DNA of 63,638 bases, the filler included, from Folioceros fuciformis (lineage: Eukaryota): the NCBI GenBank assembly GCA_049999805.1. It is 9 parts of 9 records of this genome, joined end to end, with 100 filler letters (N's around TTAATTAATTAA, not from the genome) between each part and the next. Parts side by side here need not be neighbours in the genome. Positions count along the whole stretch, not along the records: positions 19,590 to 38,019 come from JBNGIO010005998.1; 8 more parts are not named here. The stretch is one strand, 5' to 3'. Positions 22,790 through 35,900 of this stretch are shown here, piece by piece. Made by a program: the position numbers and the translations under genes. A model generated the notes under the pieces. That model was not told the DNA's origin. It was given only the letters and a program-made list of their open reading frames with translations, and did not search any database. The first letter of the stretch is position 1. Every line of letters begins with the position of its first letter.

Positions 22790-23825
22790 ACAGGAGGTAC
22801 CTTCTCCACGAAGATCAACTAGAACTCATCGCCCTAGACAGGAGTGTTTAGAGAAACCTTATGAACCTGGTGATACCTTAGTTTAGACTTTACCTCATAC
22901 AAACTTAGCAGCCCTAGCACATGCTACAGCAGCAACCATCCTTGACCCTCTTGAAACACCTCTCACATATAAGGAAGCTTTGTCAGGGCCTTACAAGGCA
23001 GAATGGAAGAAAGCTATTGACTCGGAATATGCAAGCCTAATTGACAACAAAACATGGGAGCTTATTACCTTACCTCCTGGTAGGCGTGCCATCACTTCGA
23101 AATGGGTGTTCAAATTGAAACTTCACCCTCATGTCATTGTTGCTCGCTTTAAGGCACGTATGGTAGCCCGAGGCTACACTCAGGTGCATGGTCTAGATTA
23201 CAACGAAGCTTTCAGTCTAGTTGTGAAACCAACTTCCATGAGGATACTCTTATGCTATGCATTGAAGCACAAGCTTCTCGTCCATCAGATGGACGTCAAG
23301 ACTGCCTTCTTGAATGGTCTTCTTGATGAGGTTATATTTATGTATCAGCCCGAGGTCTACATTTGTGATCCTGCAAAGGTATGCAAATTACTGAAGTCAA
23401 TATACGGCTTGAAGCCATCTGCCCGTATTTGGAACACAAGGGCAACAACCAAACTGCGACAACTTGGATTCTTACCTCTTATGGCAGACTATAGTGTATA
23501 CATCTTGAAGAGGACAACGCAGTTATGCATCATTGCCCTTTACGTTGACGACAATTTCCTTTTCGCAAGTGATGATCAAATTCTTAAGGACATGAAGCAT
23601 GAACCGTCCCAAGAGTGGGACATGACAGATGTGGGTCCCATGAAATTTGCCTTGGGCATCCAATTCAATTTTAGTCCAGATAGAACTTGCATCACAATCC
23701 ATCAGTCTGACTTCATCAAACAATTGCTGCTTAAATTTAACCTTACAAATTTGCATCCAGTCACAACACCCATAGCTGCTGGAGATAGGCTATCTATAGA
23801 AGACTGTCCAACTACCCTTGCAGAT
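22790..23825 (+). pseudogene. copia RT fragment (related to 33755-37950), truncated by the LINE
   Basis: WKKAIDSEY, SKWVFKLK, QMDVKTAFLNG, ALYVDDNFLFAS; closely similar to the 34714-36030 ORF. Confidence 0.9.
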
Positions 23826-24252
23826 TGTCACCAATGTGCTCATAGTTTGCAAAGTGGAGGGGGGCGGTGTGCGGTGCGCAAGGCATGGCTTGACGGAGGT
23901 TTGACGGACGGTGGAAGCAATGAGCCCCCCACGGGGGGGCTCGAAAGTCCACACATGGGCCAAAGTGGCCGATATGTGCTTAGGTGTACAGAATGCCTAA
24001 CGCGGGAGAGGAAGCAACTAATCCGGCTGAGCTTAGGTGGAAGAATACAGTGCCTGAGAAGGAGGCTCAGGTACGGAATCTTGAGAATGACACCGCTCGT
24101 GGGAGGCCCAATGAGGGCGCAAATACGGAATCTGCCTCGACTTTGACGAATGAGGAGGCCGGTCTTCAACTTGGTCCTTTGGCAGACATCCTTACCGAGG
24201 AACGCTTTTTTCAACAAGAGGAGGGTAGGTTGTCAGGTAGCTCGGCGGTGGG

Positions 24253-24873
24253 GTGGCTCTCTGCTGGAGGACCGCCTTTAGTAGGCGAGTTGGAGGAATG
24301 GATTACTTCGGTCATAGGGTGTCCCCCACTTATGTCTTCTTGAAAGAGGGCGGTTCCTTTCAGGTTAAATGTGATGCAGTTGCTGGGGCCCGTGCGCTCC
24401 TGCAAACAACACAACCCTTCAAAGGCTCAACTCCGGTGATGGTCAAGGCATGGTCTCCCAGAAGCACGATCATGCAATCCCAGATCAAGAGGCATTTCGT
24501 TTGGGTGCGGCTGCCTGCCCTACCGGTGCAACTTATTCCACTAATCAACAGGATGCTAGAAACAATCGAATGGGTGGTTGAGGTACCACAGGTGGACTCC
24601 CGATTTTTTGATAGAAGCAAGCCTCCTCGCTTTGGTGTAAGAGTAGAAGACATCTATTCATTGCCCGCTGGGGTAGTAATTTGTGACCCTGCAAACTCTT
24701 CAAAGAGCTACACTCAGCTCTTTGGTTACCCAGGTCTGCCTGTAAGGTGTGGTGTTTGTGGTCTGACTAACCATCTTAAGCTTGATTGTCCGCTCCGCTC
24801 AGGGCCAGAAGGCAGGTGTGTAAGCTCTGTGAAGGCCCAGGTTGAACCCCTACCGGGGTTCCAAGGAGTTTAG
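24253..24873 (+). pseudogene. LINE ORF1 core (DUF4283-like region plus CCHC knuckle)
   Basis: VKAWSP..FVWVRLPALP..YPGLPVRCGVCGLTNHLKLDCP, typical of plant L1 ORF1. Confidence 0.85.
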
Positions 24874-27800
24874 AAGAAACCTTGGAGAGCTAACTTGGCA
24901 ATGCAGCGATGGGCCCGCCGAATTCAAGAAGATTTCTTCCCGAGGCTCGTGGACGCAACCATCACTCAGGTGAAACTTTGTGTTATATGCGGAAGAAGGT
25001 GGAGAGCACCTTCTACTACTCGATGCCGAAAGGGGAGGAGATGCAGGCGTTACCTACACGGTCATTGCAGCTAGGAGTAGCGGATGAGGTCCGACCGGCT
25101 CGGCTGTGGGAGACTGTCAGGAGGAGGGCCATGAGTATCGTTCAAGAGGGTATGGGGTGGATGAAGATTACACAAATGAACTTTCAAAGGAGGCTAGGTT
25201 CAGTGCAATCTGTCATCGTATTGAAGGTTTCTCAGCGATTCTTTACTTCAGCACACTGTTGGACTTGGGGAGGGAGAGTTGGATCCCGATCTCCAACAAG
25301 CCTCAATGGATGGGGGAGTTGAAGGTGCTGGCCTTAGTCAAAGATGCTAAGTTTGGCAGAGGCTAGGTCACTCTTGCCACCAGAGTAGCATTTAAAGCTC
25401 ACTTGGGTTTCTTCGGTTTGCTAACCTCGCCGATCACAATCAAGCTTCCAGGAGAGTGGGAGCTCAGGTGGAAGGAGGATATGGAGGAGGAGCGGGCTGT
25501 GCCAATGGACGGCGAGACTCGAGAATTGGTTCCCTCCCATCAATCGGGTCCGCAAGAAGTTTTGGATCAGTAGGAGCAGGGGCAGGTTGCCTTGAAGACA
25601 AGTATAGGCACTGAATCTAAACCCAGGTTGCCGACAGATGCAAAAACGATGCAGGGGGATATCTCCTCTCAGCAGAGACCCTCAGGTGACTTAAAAGGCG
25701 GTCTGGCTGGAGGCAAGGTGTTTAGAGATGCAGGTCGTGGGCGGACAAAGTTGCACAAGAGCACCCCCTTCGCATCGTCAGAGGCAAGGCCAGGTAATTT
25801 CCAACAGTTTGGGACACGTATTGCAAAACCATAGCGACTTGTTGTAGGAGCCAAGGAGTTGGAACCCTCGCAAGAGATAATCAGGTTCTGGATGGGAGGA
25901 ACCACAAGGGTGCAAGGGCGAGGAAGGATAGGAAGCGAGGTGTTTCTTTGCTGTGCAAGCAGCAAGACAGAACCCCCTCAGTCTGTAAGAAGCCTTTAGC
26001 TGAAGTTTCTCCTTTCCACAAGGACGTGCCTAGTGAGCTGGTTCACTACCTGTCAGGACGGCCAGGGAAGCATGCTGGTGTAGACAGGATGAGCTCAAAG
26101 GCTGGAGGAGGGGATTCGGGCCACCGCCTCCCTGGTGGGGTGTCTAACTTGCTGCTGGCTGGAGTGCCTAGAGGCACTGCTCATTCCCCTTCAGGGAGGG
26201 GAAACCACGAGGGTGGAATCAACGGGGAGGTGCCTGTGTTTGGTGGCAATAGGCGGTGTGAATCACAATGGGTAAGAGTGGCGGATGGAGAGGAGCAGCT
26301 TTCGAATCGACCCCTGTCCCCATTTTTGAAGCAGAAGGGTCCCCATGGGCCTGAGGAGGGTGGAACAAGCTCGGGCGTTGGGAGTGCGGTGCTGCTCAGT
26401 GGTCACGGCAAGCCTAAGCGGTGCTTGGGTGCGCAAGGCGGCTTGGATTAGCAGGATAAGGTGAAGATCCCCCCCTTCGACTGGATGGAGACAGACCCAT
26501 GCAACTGCCAGCAACGTGGGGCTCTTCTCGCTCCTAAACAACCGTCAGGAGCAGGAGCCAAGGAGGTGGAAGCCTTGGAGAGGTCTAGCCATGTTCCGAA
26601 CGGGAAGGACCGCAAGGGTGCTGGGATGAGGAGGGACAAGGAGCACGTTGATCCCTTGCTGCGCACGATGTAGGATAGAGTCCTTTCCGTTGGTTACAAC
26701 CCTGTGGCTGATGTTCTTCCAGGACGTGAGGATGCGACTAGAGAAAGCGGTTGCAGCTTACTAGGACGGCCTGGGGATCATGTGCATCCAGACAAGAAGA
26801 CTTCAAAAGTTGGAGATGAAGTTAGTCGTTGGTTTTCTTATTCTGGCGAGGAAGGTAAGGAGCAGCCCTCCTTTCATCTAGAAGGCAAGCAGGAGGGTCT
26901 CGTGTTTGCTTCTTATGGGGTGGAGCATTGGGAGCTTGCCTCCCAACGTGAATCTCCCCCTTCTGCCCAGGATTCGGCCCACCGCCTCACCGATGGAATG
27001 GCGGATATAATGCTGGATGGAATGAATGGAGGTGCCCCACACACCTCCTCAGCAAGGGGTTTCCACAAGGAAGGAAGCCACAATGTGGTCACTGATCTCG
27101 AGGACAGCAGAAGGCGAGATGGTGTAGAGCCAACATCGAGTCGACACCAAATCTCGCTCATGGAGCAGCAATGTCTCCACAAGCCAGCTGGGGATGCTAT
27201 GCTTCCGCAAGGCGGATATACCGAGCGGACCAGTGGGTTTGGTGAAGCTAGGCGACCTTTGGGATGCGAGCCGGCTGGTAATCGGGCTGAGATACCACAG
27301 GACTTGCTCCAGAATGGAAGTATGTGGCAACTATCCCGACATAAGGAGGATCTTGGCGCAAGGGTGACTGCTCTTAGCTAATCGGATTGCTTAACGTGCA
27401 AGAGCCTAGGGGGAGCCTATGGGGTGCCTTTGGACAAGCCTTCTCAAGATGGAAGCAGGAGGGAAGGAGGCTGCGGGGACAATCCAGACTCTAGGGTGAA
27501 TGTTCCAGGCCAACCAGTCTTCATGTCGGGCAAGCGCCTAGTGAGAACTCCTAGGGCACCTCTGAACAATCTCCCAGGAAAAGGAAACAAGAACGAAGGA
27601 GTTTGAGCGACGATTCGAGGTATTGGGGACAGCAAGAGACGAGGTCCGCAACACGAACTCGTGGCACACCTTACACTGCCAAATCAAGGCTGTCATTAGT
27701 CCTTGTGCGCGGAGTCGGAAGGGAGGTTTTTGACTCTAAAGGGAGGAATGAACAAGGGAGAGGGAAGCTCCCAACCGACCTGGGTGGACAGTGTTCCTAG

Positions 27801-30587
27801 GAAATATTTGAGCCTTTCTAGCGATGACAGGCTTATCGGGTTACCACAGGAAGGGAGTCTGGTGTACGATCTGGAGTCTTTGGCTAGGCACAAGGAGGGG
27901 GACAGTGTTTTCGCCCCAACTTCAAGCCGTACTGTAAATGAGTTGTGCCTGGCTTGGCCTGGCTTGGAACCAGAGGTAGAGGGCGGGAGATTGACAGCAG
28001 CTGGCGCAGGCTGTTCAGGCAAATGCGCACACAAGCTCAAGAAGGATTTTAAGACTGAAGGCGGTGCGCGCTCTTTGGTTGCCCATGCAAATTCGGGAGG
28101 CCAATCTGCTTATGCTCCAGGCGGAACTGAAAGTGAGGTTGACAAGTCTTGCACCGACTCAAAATTGGTGGCAGAGTATGGGAGCATGGAAGGTGTTGGT
28201 GCAGTTTTCTCCAGCAAGTTTCATGCACCAAATCACTCGGAATTGGCATCTGGGACCAATCTGGTGCGTAGCAAGGAAGAGAGCATAAAGGAAACAGATC
28301 AGCTGCATGGGCGAGGGTGCTGTCAATCTCACCTGGCTGGAGAGCAGCAACTAGATAGACAGGCAAGGGATTTGTTGGATCGTTTAGATCCTAGTAGGCT
28401 GGACGTGGCTAGCACGACATAAGGGCCATCTCTATGCCGCAGTGGGGGGTCACAACTGGATACCGGAGACTCTGATGCTCAAGCAAGTGCTCGGGGTATG
28501 GAAGAAGCTACCTTATCTATGATGGGTCGACGTGTGAAGGGCGATGCTCGGGATCCAGCCTCAGCGGTTGGGCAGAGTGAGGAGGTGCAAGGTCCTGGCT
28601 TGACATCTCTGCATCAAACCCACAGGTTGGATGTGCGTAAGGTTGAAACTTGCAACAAGAACCCGATGGTTCCAAGAGGGTCGAGCTATGAATTGTAGGA
28701 CCCTAGGAAGGAAGGAACTCGGCCCAAAAGATGGAGGGGAGAAGGGCAAGTTGCAAGTATATCTAAGGCTGCCATGGACCATTTAGAGGGTGTGCACGGG
28801 GTGATTGGGGAGGAAGGGATGGTGCAAGAACATGCTAGGAGAACTCAAACTGTTAGTAGCCCCAGTCACTTGATCACCAGAGTCGGGCTCCCTGTGAGCT
28901 GTGCACCTATGGGGGAAAGGCAGCTCCCAGACGTGGATAAGGCACAAGATACCCAGGAAAGACAGCCCCTAGATGCGGATAAGGAACAAGATACCTAGAC
29001 TGGGGCTAAGTTCTTGGACCCCCCCCCCCCCCCCTCCAAGAGGACAAGGTGTTAAGGGAGATCTGTGATCCACCCAGTGGTGGGGTAGGTCAAGTGGGCA
29101 GGGTGTGCTGTAGGAGGCTGGGACATATGGCTACCACTCAACACGAGGTTCACATAGAAAGTGTTGGCAAAATGGAAGTGAGTGGGATTCTTCAACTACA
29201 AGCTGAGCTGATGAACGAGATTCCTGAGGAGTTAAGTGCTGATGCTAGTTATGGCCAAAGGACCTTGGATATGGTCCCCATCGTGCGCTGTGGTTCCAAA
29301 CCTCCTCAGGATAATCTTTGCTATCCTGAGTCTAAACTTTGTAGTAGGCACACTAGCCTTCCGCACGGAAGGGAGCTCGGGGTTGAAGGTTTTCAGGCGC
29401 CCAAGCCTAGCACATCTCTCGGCAGGGGCAAAGGGAAATGCACCCGTTTATCTAAGAACCTCCCAAGTGTAACTATGCGACAAGATCAAATTGCTTAGGC
29501 TGTGGCGCGGAAGGTCCTTAACAAAGCTGTGCAGCGATGGGTTCAGGCAGCTACCTCGCCCGAAGGAAAAAAGATCAGAGTGGATAAGGGGGTGGCACTA
29601 GCTGGGCATGAAGAGGCAAGAGTGGACGTTGTGGGCCAAGGCCTAGGTAATCTCGGGGGGATACCCCCCCCCCCCCCCCCCCCCCGTGTGACCTGTCTTA
29701 GGGGCCTGGATATGGACAAGGATTACACCAAGGAGGGGGGTGGCAAAATTAATGACTATGAGCCCCTTGATAACATTTGCCTCAGTCCACCCGGGAGACA
29801 CATAGCACCCCCCAGTTCTCAGAAGGAGTTCTTCTCTACACCCTGCGCAGATGAGGAAGTTGAGCCAATCTAGCATGAAGTGCCGGTAGGATTTTCTAAT
29901 GAAGAAGGGACAGCCACAGCCTTTAAGTTAGATGACAGCACATGTGGCCAGCCAGGTGACTTAGCGGGGTGGGGTTTCGGCTCCAGGAAGCCTGAAGCTT
30001 CCCTCCCCACAAAAAATGAAGTACCTAGGATTCCGCCTTGTGAGGCCACTCCGAAGTCTATAAGTGTGGCAGTGGTTAGGAAGATGAATGGAGTGAATCA
30101 ATTTCTAGCCATGGCTGTTCCAAAAGGAGAAGTGGTGCCGGTGTCCATTGTTGCAAAGCCATCACGCACACTAAAGGAAAAGATCTTCCGTATGCTGGCA
30201 GCAGGAGAGTCTTGGTGAGCAAAGAAGGAAAGGAAGTTGAGTACTTTAGTGGTGTGTACGTGTTAGATGGACAGCAATTCGTGGACATCCAGCTCAAGGA
30301 GGCTACTGCTCTGGCACTTCCCTTACAGGCGGAGTGGTGGTGGAGCTTTTCAGCCCCGTGGGGGAATGGCTACGATGGGAAGTTGCAGGATCAAGAAGGA
30401 AGGGGAACCGGCTAGGTTATGGCACAGGAGGACACGACTGCTTTCGCTGAGTGAAAATCAAAGCGTCTACAAAAGAAGTTGCAAGAGCGCAAGACGAGCG
30501 ATCCTCAGGAAGCAGTGGTGGGGAGGGGCAGCATTCAGACGCTGAAGCCCAATGCAGTTCGGAAACTTTTGAGCAAGCAGGCTAACA

Positions 30588-32713
30588 TTGATGGGAATTG
30601 ACAGGCTGAGGAATTACGAGCGGGGGACTCACTTACAGGTTATTACTTGGAATGTGCGTGGCTTGGGAGGTTGGTTGAAAGCTGCATCAAAGTGTCACAG
30701 GCTACAACATCTCCTACAAGAAGACATCACCTGGGATGTGGCATGCATTGAGGAACACAAACTTTTAGCTGACCACATACAGCACATCAAGAAAATTTTC
30801 TTGCCAGGGCGTACAGTGTGGGTTCGGGCACGATCTGTAGAAGAAGGAACTTGTTCTTACTCTGGTGACTATGATTCGGCCACGAGGGGGGGAGTTGCCA
30901 TTATGGTCCATCCGGAACAAGCACACAATGTGCTAGAGACAGGGCAAGATGAAATGGGTAGATTTGTCTGGGTGGTGTTGCAGACTGCTCAAGGCCCCCT
31001 GGGCATTTGCAACATCTATGCTCCTAATACAGGGTCGGAGAGGAATCTCCTGTGGGGTCAACTTGGTGAGCATTTGAGTGATCAAATACCCTGCATGATG
31101 GCGGGAGACTTCAATTTTGTGAAAAGGCGTGAAGACATCTAAGGGGTCAGTGAGGTTGATATACGGAGGGTTCCCTTGTCATGGCAGGAGTTGAGGGACA
31201 CTAAGCTGAATGTGCAAGACCTATGGCTGGCTCTTCCAAGACACCGCCATCAAGACTCGCTCATGTTCAGCTGGTCCAATCAACAGCATGCATCTTATGG
31301 GGCTCGAAGGCTGGATAGGTTCTATGTTCCCACAGGGTGGCTACCATATGTGCAGGAATATAGTATTCTAGTGGGTACAGTGCTATCAGACCACCACCCG
31401 ATTAGCTTGCATCTGCAGCTCTCCCCCAGAGACCTTCAACACAAAAGGGACAAGAAAGGCTTTCGGATGAACACCTCCCTTTTAGCAAAAGAGGGTGTGT
31501 ATGAGCACATCAAGGATCTATGGCAAGGAATAGAACAAGGAGATGAGTCGGGTGTGCAGAGGCTTATGAGTGCAAATACCAAAGCCACCAATTTTCTGAG
31601 GAGACTAGGTTTACAGCGCAAGAAGGAGAAAAGCCGGACAGAGGACTTCCTTCGGGATGAGTTGGGTTTCGTCCAAAGAGCAGGAGAAGTGCGTGCGCTT
31701 ACTTGTGAGGAGGGTCGGCTCCGGGAAATACAAGGCGAGCTTGCAAGGCTAGAAGAGGATAGAGCCAAGGGATGGTACAAACGAGCTAAAGTCAAATGGG
31801 TGCAAGAAGGAGATTTCCCTCTAAATTCTTCTTCGACAAGGTGGTAGCGAATCAGCACAAGTCAAGAATACCCGCTCTCCCGGACGGTTAGGGCATCATG
31901 CAAGATTCCCTTAGTGTCTTGAAAAATCTAATCACCTATTTTTATGTAGGGATATTTGCAAGTCTCGGGAAGTTGGTAGGGTGGGAGGATCTCTGGAGCT
32001 CATCCTATGGTCAATTTCCTGCCAAAGTGACAGAGGTGCAACGTAGTGTTCTTGACAAACCTATCACAGCGGTTGAGGTGGCTCAAGCACTGAAGGAGAT
32101 GCCGAGGAACAAATCCCTAAGGCATGACAAAATTCCCCCTGAATTTCTGGCTTGGGGTTGGGAGTTTATGAGTCCGCTTTTCATGGAGGCAGTCAATACG
32201 ATCTGAGAGGAAGGTAGTATGGGTCCATGGTTTAACCTGGGCCTCATCTCCCTTTTACCTAAACAGGATGCTAGTCTCTCCATTTCTAATTGGCGACCCA
32301 TCACCCTACTTACAACAACTTACAAAGTGATTGCTAAAGTCTTAGCAAACAGGCCCAAGCCCTTTTTGGACGAGTGGTTGGAGGTGGAGCAACGGGGTTT
32401 CATCCAAAACAGGTGTATTCTAGATAACTTGCTGCTTTTGCGACAGGCTAAGTATAATGCTCTGTATCATCACAAACCAACAGTGTTCATTTCCTTAGAT
32501 TTCTACAAGGCTTATGACTCTATTGAGTGGCACTTCCTCTGGAGATGCCTGCGAAGCTTTGGTTTTGGCAACAACTTCTGAAGGTGGATTGCAGTTCTCT
32601 GTGAGGATGCAGGCGCAATGGTCTCTGTCAATGGCTCCTTTACCGACAGGTTTGATATTACGCGTTCGATTCGGCAAGGTTGCCCTCTGGCCCCGTTCCT
32701 ATTCATCATCGTC
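30588..32713 (+). pseudogene. LINE ORF2 (endonuclease-RT), broken by stops and frameshifts
   Basis: Fragments 30588-31142, 31176-31847, 31898-32206, 32219-32581 and onward carry EN and RT motifs in the expected order. Confidence 0.92.
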
Positions 32714-32900
32714 CTTGACGGGGAGTGTTTTTCTTGGTAGACAGTGTCTAGTTGAGAGGATGAATGAAACCAACTATTTGAGGGTGACGTCCACTTGGAG
32801 AGGCAACTTGATGATAATATGCAGGTTGCTGATGAGGATGGCGTTCACGTGGAAGGCCATAATCCAGCTGTAATTGAACCAAAGGAGAATAGAGGCCTGT

Positions 32901-35900
32901 TGTTGGACTAAAAGCATTGAAATAGGACGACAAATTGGCCACTTGCGTCCATCAGTCAGTAGGTCACCTGGCAACGAAGCTGCCCTAGTCGCTAGGAACA
33001 CGGCAGTGGGAACCTCACCAAGTTTAGACGCGTTTATAGTTTATTCATATCTAGCGGGATTAAGTAAGGATAAATAGGTATAGTGAATAGTCAGACGGGG
33101 TTAAGTACTAAAGACATTTAGCAATGAACGAGAACGATCTGAGAGCTGAGCAAACGCACGCGTGAGAGCACACAGAAAGAAGTGATAGTTAAAGGTTCAA
33201 TAAAAGTACATGAACCAAGTGTGTAGAGAAGTAACTGCCTATGACCTAATTGAAAACATTATTAAATTATTATAAACTTGCTTAACCTAATGAAGTGATA
33301 ATAGGTTTTTGGCTACCTAGCCCTAAAAGCAATTAAATATTAATAAACCCCGAGTAGGTATGACCTAAAACGGGTTCCAATACGCCCCCTCAGACCTACT
33401 CGTATAAAAATGGGTGTACACAAGAAACAAGCTTGAGGCTAGGTTGAAAGGTAGCGCGCCATCTCCAAATTTCGGAATCCCACTGTCCCAGGCACTCGAC
33501 GATCACAGATGCATACGCCCTGATGGCAGCTCACCTGCTAGAGTTCGTTGTAGCAGTAATGCTAGCTGTATGGATTCTGCTCCCGCCTCAGCCCGTGCTA
33601 GTTTCCCTGATTAGATTCGCATGATGATTCATCCACGGCTGATTCTGATCCTGTTGCATGTTGCTTGCAGTTGGAGCGCCCGAGGTGATCATGTGCGTTA
33701 CACACAGGAGCTGCGCGATAAGAGGGTGCTCTAATGCTGCTGGAGACTGATGCTTCAGGGAACTGAAGTCTTCGAAGAAGTTTTACTAGTCGCCCCCTCA
33801 AGAGAAGTGTTCTGTAGGCCGAGGGAGCCTCGATGCTGATCATGTGTTGTCTTGGGAAGCCCTTTGGTCAGGACATCAGCTACATTCGATGCTGTGTGCA
33901 CATATTTCAGCAGTATGGTGCCCATAGCTACGGCTTGTCTAATAAAATGAAACTGTATCTCTATGTGTTTAGACCTAGCGTGTAGAATAGGATTAGCTGT
34001 GAGTGCGATGGCTGATTGATTATCGCACTGAAGGACTGTTGGGTTTGGCTGTGACCAGTGGATGCCCTCAAGGAATTGTCTAACCCATAAAATCTCACGT
34101 GCAGCTAGGGATAAGGCCCCATATTCAGCTTCGGTTGATGAGAGGCTTACAGTAGTGAGCTTTTAGATTGCCAACTTATGGCTGACCCACACAGAATGAG
34201 ACAATAGGCTGCTATGGATTTTCTAGAGTCAACGTCCCCTGCCCAATCTGCATCAGAGTATGAGGTAAGGGTGGTGCTGTTGGCTGATGAATACTTAAGG
34301 CTAAAATGCTGAGTGCCCTTAAGGTATCGGAGAATTCTCTTAACAGCCTGCCAATGTTTGCGACCAGGGTTAGAGAGAAAACGGGAAACAAGACCAACGG
34401 CCTGGGAAATGTCTGGACGGGTCCATCCAGCCAGGTAAAGGAGACTGCCTACGGCTTCTCTATAGGGAATAGTAGACATGTCCTCTTTTTCTGATTCAGT
34501 CCTTGGGCAATCCTCCAAAGAGAGTTTTTCTCCAGCTGATATAGGTGTTGAAACAGGGTTAAGATCAACTAGGTTAAACTTGGTTAACAATTGACGGATG
34601 AAGTGGGACTGATGTATTGTGACACTGTCTGCTGCAGGATCAAAGAGAAACTGGATCCCTAAGGCAAATTTAAGGGGTCCCACATCAGTCATGTCCCATT
34701 CTTGGGATAAGGCTTACTTGATTTCTTGCAGGATCTGCTCATCACTGGCGAAAAGGAAGTTATCATCAACGTAAAGTGCTATAATGCATATCTGATTCTT
34801 CCTCTTCAAAACATATACGCTATTATCAGTGTCAAGAGGTTCGAAATCCAAAACCTTCAACTTTTCATCTGCCCGTGCATTCCAAATACGTGCAGATTGT
34901 TTTAGTCCATAGAGAGACTTTAACAGCTCACATACCTTGTCTTTGTCAATGATGTACCCTTCAGGTTGGTGCATGAAAATAATCTCGTCCAAAGGCCCGT
35001 TCAAAAAGGCCGTCTTGACATCCATTTGATGGACCAAAAACTTGTTGGCCACTGCATAGCAGAGTAATATTCTCATTGAGGTAGGTTTTACGACGGGACT
35101 AAACGTTTCGTTATAGTCCAGCCCTTGAATCTGGGTATAGCCCCTTGCAACTAATCGGGCTTTATAGCAAGCCACTGATCCATCCGGGTTCAATTTCAAT
35201 TTAAATACCGACTTATAGGTAATTGCTTTCCTTCCGGGTGGCAGGTCCACTAATTTCCAGGTTCCATTTGATATCAAACTGTTGTATTCAGAATCAATTG
35301 CTTTTTGCCACTCAGCCTTTTGGGGGACTGACAATGCTTCACGGTATGTAGCAGGTGTGTCAGGTGGTTCCATGATTATGGAGGCAACAGAACTGGGGAA
35401 AACTGCAAGACTTGAACGTGGTGCATTGGTGGGTTGATTCTCATGGGACCTAGAGACGAGGGTATCACCAGGTTGATAGGGTGGATTGAGCCATTCAGGT
35501 GGAGGGCGATGTATGCGGGCTGACCTTCTCAAAGGTATGGTGTCTTGCACTAAATCTAAATCAGCGATCGGGTCTAGAGGTTCTGCTAGTTCGACAAATT
35601 CAGGTTCAGGTTCATCTAAAATGTCTGGATCTAAATCGTCTAGAATAGGAATTGGGGCTGGTGCTAGAGGTGCTACATGTTGACCTGCGGGGGCTGGTGC
35701 AGCTACTAGGGGAGGTTGAATAGCTGCTTGATTATGCACTGCTACATCAGGCTGTACAGCATCTAGAAGGATGTCTGGAATGAAAGTAACAGTGTCAATA
35801 TGTTCTGTATCATTTGCAGCTGAATTTGTTGGTGTGTGTCCAAAAGCTGATGGTTCAGACAAGGGCATATGACTTGAAACAAACTGAAGATGACGTGCAA

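Larger units (their letters stand above)
23826..32713 (+). mobile_element. L1-clade LINE, degenerate, 3'-truncated in RT
   Basis: ORF1 with VWVRLPALP and zinc knuckle CGVCGLTNHLKLDC. ORF2 APE endonuclease (TWNVRGL, NIYAPN, GDFN, LDRF, SDH) and RT (WRPITLL, QRGF, LDFYKAYDSIEW, RQGCPLAP). Boundaries approximate. Confidence 0.9.

Noticed and set aside
33375-33392. TA-starting LTR as a second non-canonical family
   Set aside because: Single degenerate copy; TG>TA is readily explained by post-insertion deamination, and the LTR limits are uncertain.
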